A DNA stretch of 64,000 nucleotides, from contig CM102285.1 of NCBI GenBank assembly GCA_046563655.1, positions 14,198,001 to 14,262,000 on the forward strand, written 5' to 3'. This DNA comes from Yuukianura sp. NJ FZ-2021 (taxonomy: Eukaryota). Of this stretch, positions 52,866 through 64,000 are shown piece after piece. A model generated the notes under the pieces. It did no database searches. It saw nothing but the letters and a program-made list of their open reading frames with translations, and was not told the origin of the DNA. Made by a program: the position numbers and the translations under genes. Positions within the stretch are counted from its first letter, which is position 1. Each line of letters opens with the position of its first letter.

Positions 52866-55800
52866 TTACCGACAAGTGTGAATCACTTTTCGGATTACAC
52901 AAGTTTCACAAGTCACTTCACAGCACCATTTGAACCGACACTTGCAGTTTTGTTTGATTCGAATAACGCGGGTGTTGTAGCCACGCCCACAACACAGGAG
53001 ATCACAACCGTCGACTCCTAACGAATCGGCATCACACTCTCGACCGGTCGTACCGAGCGAACCGGTTTTCCGACTTCCGGTACAAAAGTCCACCGAATCT
53101 TCAAAGTACAGTAAATCCTCTTTGCCGGGCGGTTTCACCGTAGAAATGGCGGGTAGAACCGATTTCCCGTCGTTCCCGGGTATTACTTTTATGGCTCCGT
53201 CGAATTGCCGTTTCAGTCGTTCTCCGACATCACGAATCCCGGGTACTTTGTGCCAACAAGTCTTAAGGGTACAGGACCCTGACAGGCCATGACACTTGCA
53301 GACGAGTCTCATATGGTCTCGGACAGCCTAGAACCAATTTCAAATGTTGACATAATTGATGTTGACCTAATTGCTGTTGACCAAATTGACTTACAAGTCT
53401 TCCAGCCTCGTTGTTATGTAGAGTAATGACACTTCTGAGGTCGTTTCTTCTGCGACTGCGCGAATCCAAAATGTCTTTGGACTTTTTGTAGCCTACGTGG
53501 ACGTTGTCACCGCAACCACCCCATTCCCAATCGCCTGAGGCGGTGGTCATGCCGGACACGGTCCGGTCACATGGACAGTCATGTAGTCGTCCAGTACTGC
53601 AACCTTCAGTCAGTGACAATGTCACTCCAGCTGATGTTATGGCGTTCACAAACGCAGTTTCTCGCGTATCTGCAACCAGAAAAAAAATTGCGTCATACAG
53701 AGATGTCAAAAATATTTAGTATCCATGCCCGTAATTTAAAAAAAAATATTTTCGGGTTTTTTGTTAGTAAATATTTATTTGTCTGCAATAATGCTTAATA
53801 TTAATTAAGTAAATATTTGTCAGGCCCTTTTCGATTACAGGGGTGTCGATTGCACGATTACAAGGATTACGATTACAAATTACTAATTTATAAATATATT
53901 GTAATCGACTGCCCTGAATTATCGTAATGGAACACAGTAATGATTTGAATGTAATCTAATAATCTGTAATCGATTAATTTTTGTGTAATCCAAATGGGCC
54001 TGATGTTTGGGGGATTTTTTAAATATATTTTTTGATTAATAATTCGGGGTTTTTAGTACATATTTTCGCCAATGCTGATTTTAACTTTCAAAATGAACAA
54101 AGGCAAGTAAATTAAAAATTTGGAAAGTTTTTGAGTGAGTTTGTGCAAGAATCTAGAATCGTGCCGAAACTGAAAATTGTTGGATCAGTGTCATATCCTC
54201 TTTGTTTATTGTTCGGAGTCTCTTTGTGAAGTTGAGCAAGGGTTAAGGGTACCCTTAAGGTACCCTCAAGGTACGAAGTATGGGTGACAGATAGATGATG
54301 GGCAAGTGGTGGTGAAGGGCTCATCAATTTGTTCCTGGAGACAAGGGATCGACAAGGAGGGCCCTTGGAAGAGATAGCTTTGGAAGATTTACGGCACATG
54401 AAGTCTCCAGGTAAGATTCCACGGCTCACGCAGTTCCCACGGTCCACGGTTCTCACTTAACTTCCGAACGGTTCCTTAATGGAGGAGCAATAATGTCACT
54501 CAACCAAAGGCTAATCGACCACTCCAAGTACCCCCCTCAAGTACCCCTCCCCCTTGAGTTTTAAGGGACAAGACGACATGATCCCCTGAGAATGGACTCC
54601 GAGAAAGAAGAGCTTTTAGCACTTCATTCACAAAGGAACTTCACACGTTTTTGTCTTTTTTCAAAAAAAAACAGAATGAAGAAGCTTTTTGGAAACGCAG
54701 GGGACCCTTAAGGGACATAGACCTAGCTTACCAAAAAACTGTTTTTGCAACGAGTACATTTTAATTTTTCAAAAACGAAATTACCTGAGTTTTTTTTAAA
54801 AAAAAATCAGAGGAAAAGCTCTTCTTTTTTCTCCGAATCTACGAAAAAACTGAGGCCGTGGAATATTTCTCATCCAAAAGAGAATTTTAAACTCAAACGA
54901 CGTTTTGCCCCTCCAATTTTTTAGTTCCGCGAAATTTTCGCACGAATTTGCAAAAAGTGTTTGAGATTTTTACCTCTGTTGAGGATTTTGCGAATACTTC
55001 TGGGGAGAGCAGAGCAGTTCCAGTGCCGAGCTTTGAACTGATGTTGGCACTCCAGTGTTGCCATCTTGGCTCCCTTCGTAGCCTCATGGATCACTCCCGG
55101 TTCTTTAGTACACACAGTAGACACTTTGCGTCGTTGTCGATTCGCTGTGGCCACGCCCACTTTCCCGGGTAAAATAAAGTTGGTAGAGTCTCTTGACCTC
55201 CGACCTCTTCGACACATTCGACCTGGGTCAACGAGCAAACCCACCGGTTCAGGAGGAACGCTGAAATAAAAAAAAAACACTGTAAGTTATCAAAAAAGAG
55301 AGAATACTGTAAGTTTCGAAAAAAAAAGAGAACAGAATACTGTAAGTTTTCAAAAATGAGAGAACACTGTCGTAAGTTTCTAAAAAAAAAGTAGAATAAT
55401 TGCAAGTTTTCAAAAATGAGAGAATATTTTAGTTTTCAAAAGAGAGTGAAAAGTGTAAGTTTTCAAAAGAGGGAGATTGCTGTAATGTTCCACAAAAGAA
55501 TAAAAACGTCAAATAAATTTTTGGAGAATGGCGGGAGTTGTGCTACTGCGTTTCTGCAAAACCAAAACAATAACAAATGGTGGCCCAGATTCAGCTTAAG
55601 TACTGGAGTGTTCTGCTTTTCAAAACGTTTTTTTTTAATTTTTTAAAACAAGTTTCCTGGATTTAGGTGAGAAGGGAGTATGATTGACGAGGACACAGTT
55701 TGGAAGAAGAGCGTAGCAGGGATACTTTGTGTGTGGTTCACCCAACAATTCAAACTTAAGGGGGCCACACATTAACAATTGAACTATTCCATAACCTAAC

Positions 55801-57014
55801 TTGAATTTTTAACGTAACTTCAATCCTTCAACCTAACTTTTGAGAAAAGGGAAAGGAGAAGAGTCATTGTCGTAAATTGTTCCTTTGGTAAACATTTGTC
55901 TTAAGAAAATAGTACTTCATCCCTGCTCACTTTCTCTGTTTATGTCATTAATCAGACTGACTTAACCCCCCCCCCCCTTGTACTAAGCTTAGCCTAACCC
56001 CCCCCCCCCCTCAAGGGGTCAAAGGGTCATACCTGATCCAGATCCCGTCCAGAACAAATTGAACTGTTTCTGATCTCCCAGATAACAAACTTGTCACACA
56101 AATTCAAAACTTGTTGTAAACATAACATAACCTTTTCAAAAAAAAAAATTGAAAACAGTTTGGAAAAAAAACTTTGAAAGAATATTTCTGAAAGAATATA
56201 TTTTGAGAGAATGAATTTTGACCGAACGTATTATGAAGATGGAATGTATGTTTTCGGAAATGTATTTTGAAGGAAAGTAATTTTTGAAAATTGTCTTTCG
56301 CACGACTGATTTTATTGTTGAAGAAATGTGTTGAGGAAATGAGTGTAGAGCTAACTTGATAATAAAAAGAGGAAACTGAAATTTTTGATTTTATGACATG
56401 CTGACTACTGGAAGTGCGTGTTGGGTAATAATTAGAAATTGGGCTTAATTACAGGTGTGAGGTGAGGGAACTTTTGGATTTTGAAGCTGATTACAGGTAA
56501 TTTAAAACAAAAAATTTCAATCTTTCGTTTGTGTTTTTCACTTTTAGTTTTTCACCATTGTAATAAAAATCCAGTTTTTTATGATCTCCAGTTGACATTG
56601 ATTATTCTCTAACCTCAAAGTAAACAAGTCACTATAACTCATTCTTCGACGTAATTCTAGTTTTTTTCATACCTACATTTATATTTTATAAAAAGTGTAC
56701 AGAAAAAGAAAAGTTGCAAAAAAATTTCACACGCTTCATCGGCTCCGCATTTTTTCAAAAAAAGAAAAAGGAACTTTTACGCCACTTGAAGAAATTTATT
56801 CGTAAAACTGAACTCCAAAACTCAGAACTTTTTGTAGATGCGTGAAAGATACATATCTATGTCCTCAGTTAGTTTTACAAACTGAGAGTGAAAAGTAAAT
56901 CGCAAAAATTTCAAATTTCGAAATTTTGGAAAACAAAAAATTCCATGCTCACCCTGTAGTGAAAGTGAACTGAAGAGAGATGATGACAAGGAGAGCAGTG
57001 GAGCAGAGATTCAT
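52866..57014 (-). CDS. Wnt6: Wnt6; complement(join(52866..53327,53395..53669,54974..55260,56953..57014)), 361 aa
   Basis: DP..MCRR.RR, ECQHQFKARHWNCS, RDTRETAFVNAITSAGV, WEWGGCGDNV, CKCHGLSGSCTLKTCW, and Wnt6-type FDGAIKVIPGNDGK and KPPGKEDLLY. Exon 1 (signal peptide MNLCSTALLVIISLQFTFTTG) is inferred from phase and is less certain than the rest. Confidence 0.92.
53821..54002. mobile_element. hAT-like MITE in Wnt6 intron 2
   Basis: TIR CAGGCCCTTTTCGATTACA / TGTAATCCAAATGGGCCTG; subterminal CGATTAC/GTAATCG repeats; degenerate 8-bp flanks ATATTTGT / ATGTTTGG. Confidence 0.7.
55275..55465. repeat. ~28-bp minisatellite, about 6 copies (ACTGTAAGTTTTCAAAAATGAGAGAA), next to the Wnt6 exon 2 acceptor
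   Basis: Directly visible. Confidence 0.8.
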
Positions 57015-57521
57015 TGTGGATTGAAGTTGTTGATGGGTGTGGCAGACATGACCAGGGTCGCGTCTTCACAATTGTCACTGTCACTCACCAATCCTCTCAA
57101 TTTGCAAATCTAACAACTTCTCTGATCTCTCTAACCTTAGTGATGATCAGTCTACAGATGATGATTGGAGTGGTGATAAAATGGAGCTTTGATTGATGAA
57201 GACGACCATGAAAAAACAAGTTGTCGCAGTCAAACTTTAGTTGGCGACTTTGCCTAAAAGTTGAAAAGTTAAGTTTTTGAAACCAGCTCAGATTCTGATC
57301 TGTTCTTGTGAGGATCCAGGGGCAGACTGAAGTTGAATGTGGAGCTTCTTGTCTTAAAACAGACGAAAAGAAGGAAAGAAGATGAGCAGAAACTGTCTCT
57401 GGTGGGTCTAATCACACCTTCAATCACAGAATAATTTAAGGTGATGACTATCAATTGATTTCAACACTTCCACTTTAACCTTAGGACCACCAACATTTTT
57501 AGTCTTGCGGGTGGGAACAGG

Positions 57522-57780
57522 ATTTTTGCACTAGCAAAATTTAACTTTTCACAAAAAGTTAATTTTTCACTTCCTAAACTCAGCTTTTCACTGGCAAAAT
57601 CAAAATTCCTGGATTTGCAAAAGTTAACTTTTCTGTTGCAAAACACGACTTTTAAGTTTACAAAACTCGACTTTAGGTTGCAAAATTTGACTTTCAGTTC
57701 CAAAATTCGACTTTTCAGCTGTAAAACTTGACTTTTCACTTGCAAAACTGAATTTTCTACAAGCAAAAGTAAAGTTTTGT
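57522..57780. repeat. Degenerate ~21-bp minisatellite (TTGCAAAACTCGACTTTTCAC-like) upstream of Wnt6
   Basis: Periodic GCAAAA...ACTTTT units. The ORF at 57461-57766 is a repeat artefact. Confidence 0.7.
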
Positions 57781-60700
57781 GGTTTTGAGAGGAAAGAAGA
57801 CGCGTTTGGTTTAGTTGAAACTCGGGAGTTTGTCAGATGCTGACTAAAGGGATCGTTGACAAGAAGATGGTTGAAGGGCTCCTTGTCGGGGAAGGGCTTC
57901 AGGTGAAGGGCCCCCATGCCTCCCTTTACAAAATTAAGAAACAGATACAGCCACTTCCCAATCCCACGTTATTACAAGCTTCACATTGTTCAGTTCTTGG
58001 ACAAAATTGAACGGAACGAATAGAAAAACGTCACCGAAATCAAAATTCATCTCGTCTTTTTTCTCTTACTATAAAAATTAATTTCGGTTTAATTGACTTG
58101 AATATATTTTAATTAACGTAATTAATTATAGTAAATTAATTATTTGTCAAGTGAATTTTTTAATGTTGTTTATTGATTTAGAAAAAGCATACATTTGGCG
58201 TAAATCTTACTCCCGTTAAGAATTAATAATAAAATAGTTTTCTAAAACTAGAGTACGGGGGGAGCTACAGCTAACTGTGTTAAACTACCCAGTTCTTACA
58301 CAAAACTAATGAAAAATTTTTAGAAGGCGAAAATGGTACGAATTGTTCCGAGCTTTTACCTCATGGAACCAAAACAATTTTTTTAAGACAGAGTTTTTGA
58401 GAGAAAAATGTGAAAATCAGTATTAGTAATCCTCTGAAATTTTCTTTTTCAAAAAAAGTGTTTTGAATTTTTTTTTGAGTAAAAGTAAATTCCACACTCA
58501 CTTTTATGACTCTTCTTCTAAAGTGCTCTATTCTTCTTCTTCTGTGGAGTCCTGACTAAAACTTAATTAAAAATTGTTAAGGACAGAGTATGTTATTGAG
58601 GTTAGGTTTATTAGGTTAGCACCACTCATTAGGTTGCACTTTCTAAGGGCTCTACCGGCGGTTCCCTTTGTTCACAATTAGCAGTCGGCTAAACTTCCAC
58701 TTCACACCTCTGCAGGATCTTCGGAATCCGAACAACTCCCGAAAGTGTACACACAATAGACAACTTTTCACACATTCGCATTGTATTATCAGAGAAAAAC
58801 GTTTCAAAATTTTGAAAACTTTTCAAAACTTTGTACATTTTTGCCTCCCAGTGACTTTTCGAAGTCCTTCCAGGAAGTGTCCTTGTCTAAATCCTAATCC
58901 TTAAAAAACTAATGTAAAAAACATGAATGTAAGAAAAAACTGGTGTAAAACCTAATGTTAAAAACTCATGTAAAAGTGCACCTTGCGGGTAAATTTTTCA
59001 CACGCTGCACGTGCTTTTGGTACAAATAAAAATAATCCTCTAAAAAAAGTCAAAACCTCAAAAAAGTGTTAATCCCACCAGAAATTTCTCATGACTCAAA
59101 CTTTTTCTGTCGAGGTGTCAATGACCTCACAAGTGACTTTTCAAAAAAATGAGGTCACGTTACGTTAAGTTATGCTTTGTTAAGTTGAATGAAATTTTTT
59201 CGAAGATTGTCAATTTGGCAAGGAATGTTGCGACTTGAAGATGAAGACCTCCACGAATCCTGCCGAAGAAGCCGTTTTCTTGCGATGACATGATGAGTGG
59301 AGGTACTTTTCAAAAATTCAGGTTTTTCGTTTTTGAAAAAGGCTCATTTACGAACATTAGTTTTTCAGTTGTAGTACAATAATAGACAACAAGGTTGTGG
59401 AAAGGGAGGGCCCTTCAGGGGGTCCCTTATTCTCTGCTTCCTCCGACAACAAACACCCAACAATGGCACACGGGAGCACTGAAATCAAGAAATTTACAAC
59501 AAAATGAAAAGTTTGTAAGAAACTGAAAAATTCTGCACCGCCGCGGCGGTGTGAAGCCCACCTAGGTTAGGTTTTTGGTTAGGCTAAATTTTAGGTTAAC
59601 CTTTTTTGTTGTACTGGAGGTGGTCTCCTTCTGGAACTTTTCAAGTTTTCACACTTTGGTGCGGATGTGTCCAACACTTTAACCTAGAAAGGAGGTAGAA
59701 GATGAAAGAAGTGCCGATGATGATGATGATGATGCTGACCCGCCCTCCAAAGATCTCTTCATCATCATGCTCCTCACCTTCGTAGGCCACAAAACAACTG
59801 AAAATTAACACGGAAAGGGCAGGGAACAGGACCTCCCTCAGAGCCCTCAAACGATTGCACTGTCGACTCTAATGTCGTAATAACCATTTGACCTCTACAG
59901 GTCAACCATTAACATTCACACCAAAAATCATGAGTTTTCCACAAACTCTTTCACCAAAATCGTGACTGATCAAGAGTTTCACTTAAATATTTTTGAAACG
60001 TCGAAAATTTTCGCAGATTTCCACCTGTTTTGCTTAATTTCAAAATCAGACAGTATTTCAACAAAATTTTCCCTTTGAATCGTATATAATTTTTAGATTT
60101 TCTTCCAACTCTTATGCGGCAACTTTGTTAAGGATAAGGAACGTCAAAAAATAACGTGTATCACGTACACGTACACATACACGTATACGTATATATACGC
60201 CTGCACGTTGTTACATGTTACGTTTGTTTTTGCGGCAACGATTGGAAATGGCTTTAAAACGTCAAACAAAGTGAAAAAAAAAGAAAAAAAAATATCGAAA
60301 ATTTGACAAAAAAGAAGTTTCTCTTCCGGAACTGAAAAATTGTGGGTCCAGTTTCAAAGTTTGAAAATTTTTTCTTTCATGTTTGCTTGCGTTTGTAATG
60401 CTGAGTTGGTTAGTAGGTTATGCTACGGTTAGGTAATAAAACGTTTTTGGAATTCAACTAATTTATGATCGTACTGTACAAATGTTAGGTTGAAATTAGC
60501 TATTAAGCTCAAGTGTTTTGTTGGAATTAGACTCAATTACAGTCGGCTTACTACAAACATTTTGTGAAGGAAATGAATGAAATCCTTACAAAAAATGAAC
60601 AAAGTTGTACTTTTTTTCTCCAAAACTTGTACCTGTTGCGTGTGCAACATTTCGTACAACTTTTGTTGTAAAAAACAGAAGAAAGGACCTCAAAACATGC

Positions 60701-61300
60701 AGAAGTGATTTTGAAGTTGAATGAAATTTGAAAATTCATTTTCATTTTGTTAGGAACAAGTTTAGTGAATTGACTGAGGTCAATTGACCTCCGAGTGAAG
60801 TGGAAACTGGAACTTATGCACTCTTTTCTTCTAAACTTGTTTCCAAAGATGTTCAACAAGCCGCCAAAGACTCATCACCACTTCAGTTCAAACCTGTCAG
60901 ACCCATGAGATCCAGTGTACCGTAATTGGAACAAACAGGAGCTATTATGCTAGGTTAACCTTTCACTTTGAGTTAGGCGCATGAGCAGGTCTTGCGCACG
61001 GTCATGGGTGTCCCGTTCGGCAAATCTGCAAAGGAATCTCAGTTTCTCTCAAAAACTGAAAAAGTGCCGAAAACTGTCGGCACAAACAAAAAGACCAAAA
61101 CGTTTTGAATTTATTGCTCATTTTGTTAGACTAAAAACTATTAAACATAACATTAGCATTAGGTTGATTAGGTTTTCAATTAGAATGAAAGTTAGGTTTT
61201 AAAAATTCATTTTTTTGAAAAAGTCCAATTTTTTTGGAAAAGTGCATTTGACCTCGTGACCTCCTGACTTCGGCTGACGCGTGGACCACCTTCAAAAATC

Positions 61301-61855
61301 TTACTCTACGATTTTATTACGGACAGACGCTTTGAGATGCAATCTCTGGCGACAATTTTTGCAGTTGCGCAGAATGATTGTGTTTCTCTGTCGTTTCACT
61401 TCCCGTTTCGACTGAGTCAAGCAGTAAACCACGATCATGACAACGATGAAGACCGGAACAGAATAGATGATTCCCATTGGTCCAAGGAAGACAAAAGCCA
61501 TGACAATTCCTGCTCCCATGACAACAGTCAGCACGCTGTACAGAGCCAGTAGAAACGAATGTCTAGGAGTCCAGCGCCGATCTTTGTTTTCGTGGAGTGA
61601 ATCGGGCATTTGGATCTTGGCGTCTTCTGGCAGGACGCCCTCTGGTTCCACTTGGTTTCGGCAAATGGGGCAACTTGAGAATGCTGGAGTGGGGGGCCTC
61701 TGCTCACTTTCAGTCATTTCAATTGATGTGGTGTCATTTGACCCCTCTGGGGGGTAAGGGGTAACCTGAAATGACACTTTTGACTTCATAATTCCTTGTT
61801 TGCCTTCTAAGGTTTTCAAATCTCCGAATTTTGGCGATTTTTGAAGCCCTGACAT
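61301..61855 (-). CDS. Single-exon membrane protein with CxxC - two hydrophobic helices - CxxC architecture; divergent LITAF-like
   Basis: CPIC ... HSFLLALYSVLTVVMGAGIVMAFVFLG PMGIIYSVPVFIVVMIVVYCL ... NCKNC. Same layout and strand as the adjacent LITAF-like gene. The start may be a downstream Met. Confidence 0.65.
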   Translation of the reverse strand: MSGLQKSPKFGDLKTLEGKQGIMKSKVSFQVTPYPPEGSNDTTSIEMTESEQRPPTPAFSSCPICRNQVEPEGVLPEDAKIQMPDSLHENKDRRWTPRHSFLLALYSVLTVVMGAGIVMAFVFLGPMGIIYSVPVFIVVMIVVYCLTQSKREVKRQRNTIILRNCKNCRQRLHLKASVRNKIVE

Positions 61856-62692
61856 GCGACGATTTCTTCAAGGTCGTTGACCTCTGCTTTGAGCTGCTGA
61901 CCTGTTGACCTCTGCTGACCTGGCACAAATTTCGAACACTAAACTTCTGCTAAGCTTGAGTTGAAATGATCTGAAATTTTTTTGGAACGGATATCTGGTT
62001 CCGCTTTTCGAGGTCCAAATTGCAGAATTTTTCGAAGGTTTTCACCTTGTCAATTGTGCAACTCTTTTTTAGTGAAATTTTGACCTACTTTTGGAAATTG
62101 TGCTTTGAAAATGAAAATTTAGCTTTGGAAAAGTTCTTTTTCGTTGAAAAGTTGCAAGGACACTATGATGCTTGTGTTGAAGGTGCTGCTGATCGTCATA
62201 AAACTGCGACTGTTTCTGGAACATTTCTGGAGTTATTTTTGTCAAATTTTGAAAAAAAAAATTTGAATGAAAAACAGACTTCCATAAATTATAAAAACAA
62301 GACCGCATTTCCTTTTCAGTTTTCAAAAATTACAATTTATTGGAGGAAAATTTGACGACACGTTGTCACTTCTGTCACGATTGACGCAAACAATAGATTT
62401 GACCTTTCCGCCAAGGTCATCTACTCCAAAATTTGTCACTTATCAGGAACTTAAACTCTCAAAATTTTACACGAACCTAATCAAGCATAACCTAGTATGT
62501 TTAATCATGGTCAAAACAATTTCATCATAACATAAAAAAGTCAAAAAGTGAAAATGACGACCAATGCAAGTTGTGGGTTATGGTACGATTTCTTCTGTTT
62601 GACCTGCTCACTCTTTGACCTTTTCACTTTTTGACCAAATTGTTTTTGACCATATTACATAGAACCGAATTAACATATTGAAGTGGTTTTGA

Positions 62693-63607
62693 TTAGTAAC
62701 GTTGTGCATTGGCTTGCGTCATTTGCAGAAACTGGAATCCACTGGACACTCCGAGCGTCTTTTGACAAAGTGGACAAGAGTGGGTGATGTCCGGAAACAT
62801 TTGATCGGCCAAACGTCGTTGCTGTCTGGAAGCATAAAGTGCTGCAAACAAAATTAAAATGATGAAAAGTGGCAGCGCGAACAGCGTAATTACTGATCCA
62901 GCCATGAACATTAAAGCACCAAAAAGAATCAAAATGAACACAAGGAATCCAGCGTAGGGGTAATACGACCTAGAACTGCGGCGGAACACTGGCGACGGCG
63001 TTTCTGTCGTCACGGTCAAAATAGAGTTACAGCAAAATGGACACACGACGGCAACACTGGAGCGGCCGTTGAGAGTAATGGCTTGGTTTGCTCCAGCGGC
63101 AGCGCTGAGTGTGGAAGATCCACCGTAGTTGGCCGTTTGTGGTCCATAGGCTGGTGGTGGTTCCAGTGTAAACGGTTGGTAAGATGGATTCAAGAATCCG
63201 ATTGGTGGCAGCACTGCTCGGCCAGAAGAGGGCGCTGCTGCGGGTGGAGTTGGGGTGGTTGGTGGCTTTAGTCCGGCCAAAACAGTTGTTGGATCGATTG
63301 AGTCTGTGGAAGAAACTGGGCTGGCCAAAGTGGACGGTTCTGGTGGTTGAAATGAATTTGAAGGGTCCACTGGCTGAATCGGATTTGGGCGTTCGGGTGG
63401 CTCAAATACAGAAGTAGAAGCATCCACTGGCTGAAACGAAGATGTTGTTGGGCCGTCTGGCAGAAACGAAGTCGGAAGGTCCGCTGGCTGAAATGAAGTT
63501 GAAGGGTTTACTGACTGGTTGCTTGTTTCAGACCTTCCAACAGCAAAAGTCGTTTCAGCAATTTGAGTCGGTCCTAGTTCCGAACTGACTTCACTTCTGT
63601 CGCCCAT
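62693..63607 (-). CDS. LITAF/SIMPLE-like zinc-ribbon membrane protein, single exon, 304 aa
   Basis: Pro/Ser-rich N-terminus with a PPxY motif (PPPAY); VVCPFCCNSILT.T first knuckle; hydrophobic segment; DITHSCPLCQKTLG second knuckle. Confidence 0.8.
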   Translation of the reverse strand: MGDRSEVSSELGPTQIAETTFAVGRSETSNQSVNPSTSFQPADLPTSFLPDGPTTSSFQPVDASTSVFEPPERPNPIQPVDPSNSFQPPEPSTLASPVSSTDSIDPTTVLAGLKPPTTPTPPAAAPSSGRAVLPPIGFLNPSYQPFTLEPPPAYGPQTANYGGSSTLSAAAGANQAITLNGRSSVAVVCPFCCNSILTVTTETPSPVFRRSSRSYYPYAGFLVFILILFGALMFMAGSVITLFALPLFIILILFAALYASRQQRRLADQMFPDITHSCPLCQKTLGVSSGFQFLQMTQANAQRY

Positions 63608-64000
63608 TTCGTTTTATTTTTCAAAATGAGCACCCAAAAATGCAAATTTTTTATGAAATCTCTTTCTTAAAACAAAGCACGTAGAAATTGAAATTCTAAC
63701 AGGAAAAAAATGGTGAGTGATGAGATGATATTGCAAAAACTAGGAAAAGTTAATTTTTTTTTAACTGAGAATGAATGTCCTGATAGTAACTTTATTATTT
63801 TTGACACCTTGATGAAGGTGTTAAGGACAGCTCACCTTTTATCTAATCAATCCTCAACAGGTTAACTAACTTCAAACTCCAATTTACTCCTATTTACATT
63901 AACACAGAATTTCAGCAAAAGAGCGAAAATTTTTCACAACATTTGAAATATAAAAAAAAATCGACAAAAGTTTTTCTATAAGGTACCATGAAGTTGGAAT

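Noticed and set aside
56032..56070. Possible extra Wnt6 exon (good donor CAG|GTATGA on the minus strand)
   Set aside because: The nearest acceptor gives a 37-nt exon that breaks the frame between exons 1 and 2.
60155..60225. Alternating purine-pyrimidine tract (ACGT/ACAC/ATAT) as a Z-DNA element
   Set aside because: Short, AT-containing and indistinguishable from a decayed microsatellite.

Overview
Intron-containing, AT-rich eukaryotic DNA, almost certainly from an arthropod. The compact introns and divergent proteins would fit a non-insect hexapod such as a springtail, but the species cannot be fixed from the sequence. Most ORF-track entries are spurious or exon fragments, so gene models were rebuilt by hand from GT-AG junctions and phase. 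Layout: (i) 1-18 kb, a gene-free tract with MITEs and minisatellites; (ii) 18.4-23.8 kb, a head-to-tail duplication of a 5-exon JHAMT-like SAM methyltransferase, each copy with its own MITE; (iii) a 3-exon scratch-family (Kahuli/scratch3-like) zinc-finger gene; (iv) a head-to-head pair of unrecognised genes, one possibly a divergent alpha-crystallin protein and one a coiled-coil orphan with a repeat-built intron; (v) AFG3L2 (13 exons) and a protein phosphatase inhibitor-2 gene; (vi) Wnt1/wingless and Wnt6 lying convergently about 2.1 kb apart, with no Wnt9 or Wnt10 adjacent; (vii) two tandem LITAF-like genes with an atypical two-hydrophobic-helix insert. I see no clear-cut new biological system. 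The best leads are the rearranged Wnt1-Wnt6 cluster with its locally enriched palindromic motif, the active-site-diverged JHAMT-like pair, an IS3EU-type MITE, the repeat-derived intron and the atypical LITAF-like pair.
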